Positions 38,921 through 49,000 of a stretch of 64,000 nt of DNA are shown here, in pieces. This stretch comes from an uncultured Elusimicrobiales bacterium. Lineage in GTDB: Bacteria > Elusimicrobiota > Elusimicrobia > Elusimicrobiales > Elusimicrobiaceae. Each line of letters opens with the position of its first letter. Within the stretch, counting starts at the first letter, position 1. Below the pieces are notes generated by a model. The model did no database searches and was not told the DNA's origin. It worked only from the letters and a program-made list of their open reading frames with translations. Location: NCBI GenBank assembly GCA_934662565.1, contig CAKUKI010000004.1, forward strand, positions 98,049 through 162,048. Reading direction: 5' to 3'. The position numbers and the translations under genes are program-made.

Positions 38921-39763
38921 TTATTTATCTGCCTGATACAGCCCGCGCAACAGGGCAATTTCCGCCGCGTAGCCGGAGAGGTCGTTCGGAGTTTCTAAAT
39001 AAAACGGCAGATGTTTTAAGGCCGGATGATTAATCACCCGCGCCAGTGCCGCCGTGCCTAATGTGCCTTGGCCGATTTGGGCGTGGCGGTCTTTGTGCGC
39101 GCCCAGCGGGTTTAAGCTGTCGTTTAAGTGAATGGCTTTTAAGCGGGGTAGGCCGATTATTTTATCAAAGCGGTTTAATACGCCGTCCAAATCGTTTACA
39201 ATATCATAGCCCGCGTCACTGACGTGGCAGGTATCCAAACAAACACCCATTTTGTCCGCGCATTTTACACCGTCTAAAATTTGGCGCAGTTCTTCAAAGC
39301 GGGAGCCGACTTCGCTGCCTTTGCCGGCCATGGTTTCCAACAAAACCGTGGTGGTTTGGTGCGGCGTTAAAATATGGTTTAATAAGGCGGTAATTTGCTG
39401 GATGCCCGTTTCTATGCCTTGCCCCACATGGCTGCCGGGGTGAAAATTGTATAAATTATTGGGCAGAAACTCGTTCATGCGGGCCAAGTCGTCTTGCATA
39501 GTCAGCAAGGCAAATTCCCGCGTTTTGGGGTCTGCCGAACAGGCGTTTAAGGTGTAGGGCGCGTGGGCAAGCAAGGGGCCAAAATGGTTTTGTTGTGCCA
39601 GTTCCCGCAGGGTGGCAGCATCTTGCGGGTCAATGGCTTTGGCCTTACTGCCCCGCGGGTTGCGCGTAAAAAATTGGAACACGTTGGCCCCAATGCAAAG
39701 GGCTTCTTTGCCCATAGCCGCAAACCCTTTGGCGGCGGATAAATGGCAACCGATATAAAACAT
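38921..39763 (-). CDS. nfo: deoxyribonuclease IV (AP endonuclease family 2)
   Basis: [38 protein letters not shown] plus conserved His/Asp/Glu metal ligands ([22 protein letters not shown]). 280 aa. Confidence 0.85.
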   Translation of the reverse strand: MFYIGCHLSAAKGFAAMGKEALCIGANVFQFFTRNPRGSKAKAIDPQDAATLRELAQQNHFGPLLAHAPYTLNACSADPKTREFALLTMQDDLARMNEFLPNNLYNFHPGSHVGQGIETGIQQITALLNHILTPHQTTTVLLETMAGKGSEVGSRFEELRQILDGVKCADKMGVCLDTCHVSDAGYDIVNDLDGVLNRFDKIIGLPRLKAIHLNDSLNPLGAHKDRHAQIGQGTLGTAALARVINHPALKHLPFYLETPNDLSGYAAEIALLRGLYQADK

Positions 39764-39798
39764 TTTTGCTCCTCCTGTGGTGCGCCGCCCAGTGCAAA

Positions 39799-40164
39799 TC
39801 AGTGCGCTTTGGCTTGGGTGCGCAAGCGGTGCGGAATATGTTTATATTTTTGCCCGCGTTTGGCGGCTTCTTCGTGGCGTTTGGAAAGCTCCGCCCGATG
39901 GTGGCGGTATGCGTCCACACGGGTGTATTTCAGCATTAGGCAAAAATCCACCAACACCATTACAAAGTTTAGCACATACAGCCAAAAAACCAAATCAAAA
40001 TTATGCAGTATTTTGTGAATCATCCCGCATACATAGGCAAACTCAATGGTAATCATAAACAAAAAACTCTTACCCGCCGCCGTTTTGGTGCGCAAAGAAC
40101 GGCAGATGTTAAACGGCCAAGCTAGGCCGAACCCAACCATCATTAAGGCTTCAAAAATACTCAT
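39799..40164 (-). CDS. small 3-TM membrane protein, SemiSWEET/PQ-loop-like
   Basis: 121 aa. [38 protein letters not shown]...[17 protein letters not shown] resembles the SemiSWEET pattern (LPQxxRxxxTKxxxxxSxxM....WxxYGxx). The C-terminus is basic. Confidence 0.35.
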   Translation of the reverse strand: MSIFEALMMVGFGLAWPFNICRSLRTKTAAGKSFLFMITIEFAYVCGMIHKILHNFDLVFWLYVLNFVMVLVDFCLMLKYTRVDAYRHHRAELSKRHEEAAKRGQKYKHIPHRLRTQAKAH

Positions 40165-40254
40165 TTTTTTCTCCTTGCGGCGGGTGGAGCGCTATGGGGC
40201 GGCGCCTGCCTATACTTATATTTTAGCTTTTTTGTTTTTGGCGCTTCAACGCTA

Positions 40255-40282
40255 TAAAAAACCCGGCCTGGGGCCGGGTGTT
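40255..40282 (-). terminator. rho-independent terminator of ltaE
   Basis: On the minus strand, aaacacccggcc-ccag-gccgggt followed by TTTTTT. Confidence 0.55.
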
Positions 40283-40300
40283 TGCAAAATAACAGCGGTT

Positions 40301-41335
40301 TTATAAGGCGGCAATATCTTTTTCCAGCTCCGCCACATGTTCTTCCGTCGTGGCCCAACTGGTGCAAAAGCGGGTGACGGTATGCTCTTTATCCGGCTGA
40401 CCAAACCGCGCAAACACATATTTTTTAGCCAGTTTTTGGGCAACTTCATTGGGCAAAATAGGAAATTGCTGGTTGGTGGGGGAGCTGTATAACAGCGGGA
40501 ACCCCGCCTTTTGGAACGCTTTTTTAATGCGGGCGGCAAATTCGTTCGCTTGTTTGGCAATGGTTAAATAGAGGTCGTTTTCAAACAGCGTTAAAAATTG
40601 CAGGCCGAGCAACCACCCTTTAGCCAACATGGCCCCGCGTTGCTTGATGTAGTAGCGGAAGTCCTGCTTGAGGGCGTCATTCATAATCACCACCGCTTCC
40701 CCAAACAGCGCGCCTACTTTGGTGCCGCCAATGTAAAACACGTCACAGCACGCGGCTAATTCCGCCAGCGTGACCGTATTTTTTTTGGAGGTCAGCGCGT
40801 AGCCCAGGCGCGCGCCGTCCGCAAATAAAAACAAGTTGTTTTTGCGGCAGACGTCGCGCAAGTCCTGCAATTCCTGTTTGGTGTAGAGCGTGCCGTATTC
40901 CGTAGGGAAAGAGATATATACCATTTTGGGTTGGGCATCAAATTCCGGGTTGTCTTCCGCCCAGTGCGCATCACACACTTTTTGCACTTGCGCGGCGGAA
41001 ATTTTGCCTTCCGTGGCGGGCACGGTAAGCACACGGTGGCCGGTGGCTTCTATGGCTCCTGTTTCGTGCACGTTAATGTGGCCGGAGTCGGCTGAAATGA
41101 CGCATTGGTACGGTTTTAATGCAGAAGCAATGACCGTTAAATTGGTTTGTGTGCCGCCTACCAAAAAATGCACCGCCGCTTGCGGGGCTTGCGCTTTGGC
41201 GCGGATTAAATCGGCCGCTTGGCGGCAGTAATCGTCCTGCCCGTAGCCGATATTTTGTTCCAAATTTGTTTGCAGGAGCCGGGCCATAATGGCGGGGTGG
41301 GCGCCTTCGTTATAATCACAATTAAAACAAATCAT
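40301..41335 (-). CDS. ltaE: low-specificity L-threonine aldolase
   Basis: MICFNCDYNEGAHPAIMARL and the PLP fold-type I region (…VYISFPTEYGTLY…IGGTKVGA…). Confidence 0.75.
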   Translation of the reverse strand: MICFNCDYNEGAHPAIMARLLQTNLEQNIGYGQDDYCRQAADLIRAKAQAPQAAVHFLVGGTQTNLTVIASALKPYQCVISADSGHINVHETGAIEATGHRVLTVPATEGKISAAQVQKVCDAHWAEDNPEFDAQPKMVYISFPTEYGTLYTKQELQDLRDVCRKNNLFLFADGARLGYALTSKKNTVTLAELAACCDVFYIGGTKVGALFGEAVVIMNDALKQDFRYYIKQRGAMLAKGWLLGLQFLTLFENDLYLTIAKQANEFAARIKKAFQKAGFPLLYSSPTNQQFPILPNEVAQKLAKKYVFARFGQPDKEHTVTRFCTSWATTEEHVAELEKDIAAL

Positions 41336-41441
41336 AAATCTTCCTATAAGTAATTTTAACCCAATGGGCGTATGATATATTATAGCTTTTTGTGCGGCTT
41401 AAAAAGTACAGGCCCCGCATACTACAGGGCCTGTTCAAAAG

Positions 41442-42449
41442 CTACTTAAACCAATACTTAAACGGATACGCCAGTACATATTTTATAAAGCGCGCCGGAT
41501 GCATTTGCGGGTCCGGTGAACGGTCAAAAAAGGCCCAGCGTTGTAAGTTGAATTTTTTAATCCACTTGAGCCAAGCGTGTTCTTTATCCGTATGCGGCTT
41601 GCCGCCCATGGCCAAATACTCCTGATAAAACGGCTGCCAAAGGGCGTTCCAAGTATACGTCCAAAACCGCACACCGCCGCCCGCGCAGTGGTAAATCAAC
41701 ACGTCGTGGCGGTTTTTATCCAAATATTTGGGGTTAGACGGCAAACAGTTGCAAATATCAGGCAAAACTTCTACTTGAATACCAAATTCCTGGAACATCA
41801 CATTTACAACCCCTTGGTCCGGACAGACTAAATTTTCCAGCCATTCGGCCGTTTTATGGTAGCACCACATACGCAATTCTTTGCGGTGGGGGATGTTGTC
41901 ACAAAACAGCGTGACCCCCGCGTTATAGCAAGGCACCGTCATATCATATTGCGGCATGGGTTTAACAAAGTTTTTAGTAATCAGCGTAAGGCCCTTTTGG
42001 GTGTCTTTGCACATGGCCACGCCGGTTTTATCGCCAAAATTATTAAAAATGTAGCTTAAATCGCCGCCAATCATCACATCCACATCAATATAAAGCACTT
42101 TGCGGTAAGTATCCAACAAATCAAAAATTTCATAGCGGGCAAAAGTAAGCTGGGTAAAATGCTTAAAATTAATGTTGTTGAAATCCGTTTCCACCGCAAA
42201 ATGATACTCCGTAAACTTACACGGCAAAATGCGGTTCAAAAAGTCTTTATCGGCTTGCGTAAAGCCTTGGTAATACACTAAAACATCCGTATTTTTTAAT
42301 AATTCCTGATTGTATTTTTTAAGGCTTAACAGCGCTACGGAAAGGGTAAAAATAAAGCGTTCGTTGCATGAGAAAAAAATAGCATTTCTTTTAGACATAT
42401 CCACTCCAATACCGGCATTGTAATATGATAGAATTATAGCATATAACAA
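41442..42449 (-). CDS. glycosyltransferase family 8 (LPS glucosyl/galactosyltransferase-like)
   Basis: NAIFFSCNERFIFTLSVALLSLKKYN, the DxD region YIDVDVMIGGDLSYIFN and YNAGVTLF. Confidence 0.7.
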   Translation of the reverse strand: MLYAIILSYYNAGIGVDMSKRNAIFFSCNERFIFTLSVALLSLKKYNQELLKNTDVLVYYQGFTQADKDFLNRILPCKFTEYHFAVETDFNNINFKHFTQLTFARYEIFDLLDTYRKVLYIDVDVMIGGDLSYIFNNFGDKTGVAMCKDTQKGLTLITKNFVKPMPQYDMTVPCYNAGVTLFCDNIPHRKELRMWCYHKTAEWLENLVCPDQGVVNVMFQEFGIQVEVLPDICNCLPSNPKYLDKNRHDVLIYHCAGGGVRFWTYTWNALWQPFYQEYLAMGGKPHTDKEHAWLKWIKKFNLQRWAFFDRSPDPQMHPARFIKYVLAYPFKYWFK

Positions 42450-42460
42450 GGAGATACCCC

Positions 42461-43666
42461 GTGGAACCTATCAACCGCCTGCGCCTAGCCGCGTTGCAAG
42501 CCCAACAATTAGTGAATTTGTCTGCCCAAAAAAGCAGTTTGGTGCGTTTGGCTGTTTGCTTGCACCGGGGCCGCAAACAACTTAAAAACCAAATGAAACT
42601 TTCCCTGCGTGCGCTTACGCATAAAGCGGTAGTCAGCCCGCGTTTGCGGGTACTGGTGCATGTGCGCGGAGGCATTGGGGACGTGTGTATGACGCGCGTT
42701 TTTTTGAAAGCTCTGCGCGCCCAACTCCCCCAAGCGGAAATTTACCTTTGTTATGATAGCCAAAGCGTGGTGGAGGCACTGTTTCAGGACGGAGCCTATA
42801 TCAACGGTTTCCAAAACCGCAAGTATCTCCCGCGGGATTTTGATTTAATTATATCCGGCTGCCATGTGTTTATTTACCAATATGTAAACCGCGCGCGTGT
42901 GGAGCAGCTGGCGCCGGATTTTGTGCCGGTACTGGAAAAGGGGTTAAAAATGCGGGGTATTTGCCGCGTGTTTGCGGAAAATACGCCGTATTTGGACGGC
43001 TATTGGGCCAATGCCACGGTGGAATACGGCTCCAGCCGTGTGGCTAATTTAGGGTTATCCACTGGCCTTGTGGTGGGGCAAAACGACCGCGCGGAAATTG
43101 TGCTAGCACCTGAGCGCAAGCGGGAGTTGCTGACCGCGTTGGGGCTGGCGGATAAAAAATATATTACCATTCACGACGGAATTAATACCAATACGGACAC
43201 TTCCCACGGCCACCCCACGCGCTGTTGGCCCCAAACGCGGTGGCGGGAGTTGGCCGCTTTATTTAAGCAGGCGCACCCGGATATTTTACTGGTGCAGTTG
43301 GGGGGCAGTAAAAGCCAAGCTTTTGATTTTGCGGACGTTTGTTTAGTGGGCAAAACGGCGGTAAAAGATTTGCCCTATGTGTTGGACGGCGCACTGGCCC
43401 ATGTGGACGGGGAAAGCGGCATGGTGCATTTGGCTAATTTAACCCATACGCGCAGTGTGGTATTGTTCGGGCCGTCCTCGGCCCAGTATTTGGGGTATGC
43501 GCAAAATGTGAATATCACTTCCCCCAAGTGCCAAAATTGTATGAACATTTTGGAAGATTGGATGACCCGTTGCGCCTTAAACTATGCGGAAAAGGACCAA
43601 TGTTTAGCGGCCATTACGGCGCCGGTTGTATTGGACGGCGTAAATAAAATTTTAGGCGGAAAATAA
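42461..43666 (+). CDS. glycosyltransferase family 9 (heptosyltransferase-like)
   Basis: GTG start with AAGGAG 7 nt upstream. RVLVHVRGGIGDVCMT (GT9 N-terminal motif) and VQLGGSKSQ in the C-domain. 401 aa. Confidence 0.65.
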   Translation: MEPINRLRLAALQAQQLVNLSAQKSSLVRLAVCLHRGRKQLKNQMKLSLRALTHKAVVSPRLRVLVHVRGGIGDVCMTRVFLKALRAQLPQAEIYLCYDSQSVVEALFQDGAYINGFQNRKYLPRDFDLIISGCHVFIYQYVNRARVEQLAPDFVPVLEKGLKMRGICRVFAENTPYLDGYWANATVEYGSSRVANLGLSTGLVVGQNDRAEIVLAPERKRELLTALGLADKKYITIHDGINTNTDTSHGHPTRCWPQTRWRELAALFKQAHPDILLVQLGGSKSQAFDFADVCLVGKTAVKDLPYVLDGALAHVDGESGMVHLANLTHTRSVVLFGPSSAQYLGYAQNVNITSPKCQNCMNILEDWMTRCALNYAEKDQCLAAITAPVVLDGVNKILGGK

Positions 43667-43744
43667 AAAACTTGCCACACCGCCAAAAAATTGATATACT
43701 ATTTATGTAGTTTGAAAGAAGCACTTTGAAATTAGCTTTATGAA

Positions 43745-43820
43745 GGGCCTGTAGCTCAGCTGGGAGAGCGCCTGCATGGCATGCAGGAGGTCGCAAGTTC
43801 GATCCTTGTCAGGTCCACCA
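43745..43820 (+). tRNA. tRNA-Ala (anticodon GGC)
   Basis: GGGCCUGUAGCUCAGCUGGGAGAGCGCCUGCAUGGCAUGCAGGAGGUCGCAAGUUCGAUCCUUGUCAGGUCCACCA. G3:U70 Ala identity pair, anticodon loop AUGGCAU, CCA encoded. Confidence 0.9.
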
Positions 43821-43834
43821 TTTGAAACAATTAG

Positions 43835-43859
43835 AACCCGCCGAAAGGCGGGTTTTTTG
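43835..43859 (+). terminator. rho-independent terminator of tRNA-Ala
   Basis: acccgcc-gaaa-ggcgggt followed by TTTTTT. Confidence 0.6.
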
Positions 43860-43874
43860 TTGTATACTTTGTAT

Positions 43875-45230
43875 ATGGTGCGTAAGATTTTTCAAGATAA
43901 ATTTTTGCTTTATTTGACGCTGGCCGTACTTCTGTTGCGGCTGGGGCTCTTTTTTTATGTGATGGCTTTTAATCCGCTAGGGAGTGATTTTTTGCACTTT
44001 CCGGATTCGCTGTATTACACCGCCCCCGCCCAAACCCTGCTTACTTCCGGCCAATTAACGGACCCTTATTCTTGGGCCCCGCTTACGTTCCGCACGCCCG
44101 CCTATCCGGTATTTTTGGCCCTCATTTATGCGGCAAGCGGCCAAAGTGCGTGGGCGGTGGTGTTCGTGCAAATCCTGCTCATTACGGCGCTAGTTCCGCT
44201 CGTATACCATAGCGCGGCGGTGTTTTTATCCAAAACTGCGGCGCGGGCGGCCGGCGTGCTTTGCGCGTTCAGCACGGTTTTACTGGCGTATTCGTTCGCG
44301 CTGCTTTCGGACGTGTTATTTGCTTTTTTGCTGACGGTATTTTTGTTTTTCGCGCTCTGTTATATAAAAAGCGGAAAATGGCCGCGCTTGTTGGCGGCGT
44401 CCCTCTTTTTAACGGCGGCAATTTTTGTGCGTCCGGTAGCTTATAACTGGCTCTATTTGGGGGGCGTGTTGGTGGGGTTGAAAATGTACCGCCACGGGCT
44501 CCGCCAATGCGCGTGTACACTGCTGGTTTTCTGCCTGCCCATACTGGCCTGTACTGGCGCTTGGCAATGGCGCAATTACCGTCAGGCCGGATATGCGGGG
44601 TTCCACTCCTCGGCCGCGTATAATTTGTATTTTTGGAATTTAGATGCCGTTGGCCACTCCAGCGGGCTCAATGCACAAGGGGGCGAGCAGTTATTGCATC
44701 AGGCGCTCCCGGCCGGATTTTGGCAATTTTCTCCCACGCAAAAAGATGCGTGGCTGTTGGCGCACGCCAAACCCATGTTGCGCAAATTTTGGCCCTATAA
44801 ACTGGCGCACGCGCCGTATTGGTTAGCCAAAACCTTACTGGGCGGTTCTTACACCCAAATCAGCCGTATTGTAAGGGGAACGCCGCCCCTTTCCCAAGCG
44901 GAGTTTGACTATCAGCTAAACAAAACAACCGCGCTCCCCACGCAACATTTACGCACCGGGGCGGATTACCTGTTGTTGGGCTTGTGCGGCGCGCAGACGT
45001 TAGCCACCGCCCTATTGGCCGGATTGGGCATAGTGATTTTGTGGATAAACAAACGGCGCGCGGAAACGGTTTTTTTAGGGTTGTTTGCCGGATATTTTTG
45101 GGCCGTTTCGTCCGTATTTTTTGGTGCGGGCGGGCGCTACCGCCTACCGTTTGAAACGGCCCTTTGCCTGTTGGGCGGCGCGGGTTTAGCGTGGTTGTGT
45201 TCCAAACTCCGCCCGTGCCTTAAACATTAA
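43875..45230 (+). CDS. GT-C fold polytopic membrane glycosyltransferase (ArnT/PMT-like, GT39/GT83 type)
   Basis: Start at MVRKIFQDKF (43875) because the 5'-extended ORF overlaps tRNA-Ala. About 11 TMs with an N-terminal GT-C-like region (…DSLYYTAPAQTLL…DPYSWAPLTFRTPAYPVFLALIY). Confidence 0.5.
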   Translation: MVRKIFQDKFLLYLTLAVLLLRLGLFFYVMAFNPLGSDFLHFPDSLYYTAPAQTLLTSGQLTDPYSWAPLTFRTPAYPVFLALIYAASGQSAWAVVFVQILLITALVPLVYHSAAVFLSKTAARAAGVLCAFSTVLLAYSFALLSDVLFAFLLTVFLFFALCYIKSGKWPRLLAASLFLTAAIFVRPVAYNWLYLGGVLVGLKMYRHGLRQCACTLLVFCLPILACTGAWQWRNYRQAGYAGFHSSAAYNLYFWNLDAVGHSSGLNAQGGEQLLHQALPAGFWQFSPTQKDAWLLAHAKPMLRKFWPYKLAHAPYWLAKTLLGGSYTQISRIVRGTPPLSQAEFDYQLNKTTALPTQHLRTGADYLLLGLCGAQTLATALLAGLGIVILWINKRRAETVFLGLFAGYFWAVSSVFFGAGGRYRLPFETALCLLGGAGLAWLCSKLRPCLKH

Positions 45231-45309
45231 GTATCCCGCTTGCCTGTGCGTGAGAGCCGTTTGTTCAGCCTACAGATATAAAGGAGCAATAAAAACGCAG
45301 CGCGGCTGA

Positions 45310-46047
45310 TTACAGGCCGAGGGTCAGGCTGTCCACCAAAAAGGCGGGCAGTTTGGCGGCAAGCATTTTTTGCTGGGTGGGGTGAAAATCATACGCTTGG
45401 CGGATAAAACGGAACGTGCCGGCCGCCGTGTCCCAAATGCCAAACGAGGCCCGCGGGTCATTATCGCGCGGTTTGCCCACGGAGCCGGGGTTGATAACAT
45501 AGCGCATGGACGGGTCCAACTTTACGGTAAAATCGGCCTTGCGGTTTAAGAAAATGCCGCATTCTTCTGCGTTCCCGCGGATAAAAAACGGCAAATGGGT
45601 GTGCCCCACAAAGCAAATTTGCCCTTTCCAAAGCGGATAATTCACCTTAAATTGGGTGCAACTGGAAAAATACTCTTTAATGGGGTCTAGCGGCGTGCCG
45701 TGTACGGCGGTAAAGTTTTTCCCTTGGTATTTTTTGGGCAGGGTGGCTACATAGCGCACGCTTTCATCACTCATTTTACTGCGGCTATAATCTAAGGCCA
45801 AGGCGGCTTCCCGATTGAAGAAACTTTCCAGCTCCGGCAGTACAAAAACGGCGTCATGGTTGCCCATCACACACACCAGATTTTTAAGCGCCCGTACGCG
45901 CTTGACACATTCTTCCGGGTCCGGCCCGTAGCCAATCAAATCCCCACAGCAAATGTAATGGCTTACGCCCTCTTTTTTCAGGCGGTCCAAACAGGCCGTT
46001 AAGGCTTCCAAATTCCCGTGTGGGTCCGAAAATACACCGTACTTCAC
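45310..46047 (-). CDS. metallophosphoesterase (YfcE/MJ0936-like)
   Basis: MKYGVFSDPHGNLEALTACL...CCGDLIGYGP...MGNHD...GHTH phosphoesterase motifs I-V. Confidence 0.75.
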   Translation of the reverse strand: MKYGVFSDPHGNLEALTACLDRLKKEGVSHYICCGDLIGYGPDPEECVKRVRALKNLVCVMGNHDAVFVLPELESFFNREAALALDYSRSKMSDESVRYVATLPKKYQGKNFTAVHGTPLDPIKEYFSSCTQFKVNYPLWKGQICFVGHTHLPFFIRGNAEECGIFLNRKADFTVKLDPSMRYVINPGSVGKPRDNDPRASFGIWDTAAGTFRFIRQAYDFHPTQQKMLAAKLPAFLVDSLTLGL

Positions 46048-49000
46048 TTATCCCTCCGCCATGGATTCAATTTCTTCTTTCTTTTGCATGCCGGCCACAG
46101 TGCGGTCTTCCAAATTAACAGACATTACTTTGGATACACCGCTTTCTTCCATGGTAATCCCATACAGCATGCGGGCCGATTCCATGGTGCGCTTGTTGTG
46201 CGTGACGACAATAAATTGCGTGGTTTTGGAAAACTCTTTAATCAGGTTTACATACCGCTCCACGTTGGCTTCGTCCAGCGCGGCGTCTGCTTCGTCCATA
46301 ATGCAGAACGGGGACGGATTGTGCGTAAAGAACGCAAATAATAACGAAAGCGCCGTGAGCGTCTTTTCTCCGCCGGACATAGACGAAATGTTAAGCAGTT
46401 TTTTGCCCGGCGGCTGGGCGTAAATTTCTATGCCGGTTTCTAGCAGATTTTCCGGCTGGGTGAGCACCAAATCACACTCGCCGCCGCGGAACAGCGTTTG
46501 GTAAATGTTCCTAAAGTGCATACGCACTTGGTCAAACGTGTATTTGAAGTTTTCCCGCGTGGTTTGGTTGATTTTATTGATGGCGGACTTTAAGTCTTTT
46601 TTGGCGGAGTCCAAATCCCCAATTTGTGTTTTCAAGAAGGTGTGCCGCTCGGTCAGCGCGTCGTATTCTTCCGGAGCGGTCATATTGACGGCCCCCATAT
46701 TTTCTATGCGTTTGCGCATCATTTTTACGCGCTCGTAATCCACGGGTTTATCGCCAAAATTCATAGCGGCTTCTTCCGGCGTGATGTTCCAACTTTCAAA
46801 CAGGTTGTTTACAACCGTGGTGCGTTGGCGGCGCGCGTTGGAGAGGGCGTTTTCCAAATCATTCTTTTTAATGGTTAAGTCCGCCTGTTGTTTTTTGGTG
46901 GCGTTGAGCGCGGCGGTTTTATCGCTGAAATCTTTTTTAAGGGCTTCTAATTCTTGGCGCAGTTGGTGTTCGTCCAATTCCAGTTTGGCCAACGTGTCGC
47001 GCTCAGCGGACAGTTTGGCTTGTGTGGCAAGTTTTTCGTCCGCCAACGCTTTTAAGCGCGCGTTGGCGGCGGCTGTTTTTTCGTTGCGTTTGCCTTCGCC
47101 GTCCAGTAAGGCGCGGTATTCAAAATCGGTGGATTTCAAATCCAGCTCTACATTATTTTTTTTGATTTTTACTTCGTACAGCGTGGAACTTAACGCACTA
47201 ATTTGCGCTTTTAAGTTTTCGCCTTCCTGTTGGAGTGCGGCTTTGCGGGCGGTGGATTCTTCCGCTTGCCGCACCAGACCGTCCTGTTGGGCTTTTAATT
47301 CGTCCAACGTCTTTTTTAAGGTTTCAGCGGCCTGTTTGCGGCTTTCCAAACGGGCCGTCATTTCCTGCTTGCGGGCCGCCGCGCGGGCCAGCTGGGCTTG
47401 CGTTTGGCGGACTTCGTTTTCCTTGTTGGAAAGCTCGTTGCGTACAGAATTTTGCGCCAGTAATTCTTCCTGATATTTGGCGCGTTGTTGGCGCAAGGCT
47501 TCTTCCGCCTTGGAAAGTAAATCGTAATTAGCAATAATTTCTTTGCTGACGGCTTCTTCTTCCTGCGCGCGTTCCTGCGCCTGCCGCCGGACGGATTCTT
47601 CTTCCCCCCAGTAGGCTTCCGGCGCTTTTACACCCGCGGCCCCGCCGGCCACAAAAAAGGTGTCACGCACTTCGCCTTGCGTCGGGCAGTTGTATCCGCC
47701 CACAATAAAATTAATTAAATTTTCCAATTCCGGCGCATAAGTAAGCTGTGCTTTTAAGGTGCCGTTCTGCGCTGCCGTTTGCGGCACTTGCGGCAAAATG
47801 ATAAATTTGGCGCGCGCTTTGCCGTGTTCTTTCAGTTTGGCAATTGCGGTGTCCGCGGCGGCGGCGTTTTCGCACAAAACGGCATCTAAATATTTGCCGA
47901 ACGCATCTTCCACCGCCACCCCTAACTCAGCCGGATATTTTAAGGCTTTGCGCAAGGTGCCTTTGATACCGCCGATACCGCTTTGCGTGACGGTCTGCAC
48001 GCCTACCCAGTAAGGGTCATTTTTCCCTTGGGTTTGGATGAGTTCCAACTTGGCGGCCAACGCGGCGCGGGCGGATTTTACGCCGGAGAGTTTTTCGTTC
48101 AGTGCGGCGCGTGCGTTTTGCAGGGCGCGCAGTTTTTCTTCGTCGGCGGTGATGGCGGCTTTGGCGCTTTCGGCCGCACGGCGTTTTTCTTCCAGCCGGG
48201 CGCGGATTTCCTGCGCCGCCTGTTCTAATCCGGCCAGCGAGTTTTGTGCGGTTTGGTTGGATTTTTCCAGCGTAATTAAATCTTCGTTTTCGCGCTGGGC
48301 GGAAGATTCTTCAATAGAAATTTTATTGGAAACTTCCATTTGCCGTTGCACCAGCCGCATGCGCTCGCTACTCGCGCGTTGGGCGGCCTCGTCGGCTTGG
48401 CGTAAATCCTGCTCCAGTTTTTGGGCGGCGGCTATTTTTTGGTTATATGCTTCTTGGAGCGGTTCCAGCTCTTTGGCAACCGTTTGGAGCTGTTCTTTTA
48501 AGCGGGTGAGTGCCGGCCCAAGTTCTGCAATACGGCTCTGCCCGCGTTGGGCTTCGGCCCCGCTGGCGGCTAATTGGTTGGTCAGCTCCGTGGTTAAATT
48601 GTCACAATTTTTAATAGCGCCTTCCAACAAACCCACTTGGTATTTACAGGCGGAAATTTTTTCGTTAAAGGCACTGGCTTCTTTTTGTTTATGGGTTAAA
48701 TTTAAGTCCAGCGCGGCGGTTTGCCCTTCTTGTGCGGAGATGCGGTTGTCCAAATCGGCCAGTTGCCGGACCACCGGTTCCAACTCGCTGGACAGGCGGG
48801 CAAGCGTCTGGTCGGATTCTTTAATGGAGCAAACGGAAATGGCAATTTCGCTTTCTTTTAATTCTTCGCGGTAGCGTTGGTACAGGCGGGCTTTTTTGGC
48901 TTCACTGTCTAACTTTTTGATTTGTTCTTCTATCAGCGCCACCGTGTCGGCCAGACGGGCCAAATCCAAATCCACGCGTTCCAAACGCTTAATACATTCT

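Noticed and set aside
43776-43874. 5' extension of the GT-C ORF overlapping tRNA-Ala.
   Set aside because: A protein-coding start inside a tRNA gene and its terminator is implausible. MVRKIF at 43875 is used instead.
46781-48874. Plus-strand ORFs of 230 and 278 aa opposite smc.
   Set aside because: They mirror the coiled-coil codon periodicity of smc (Ser/Ala/Arg-rich, low complexity) and have no RBS.
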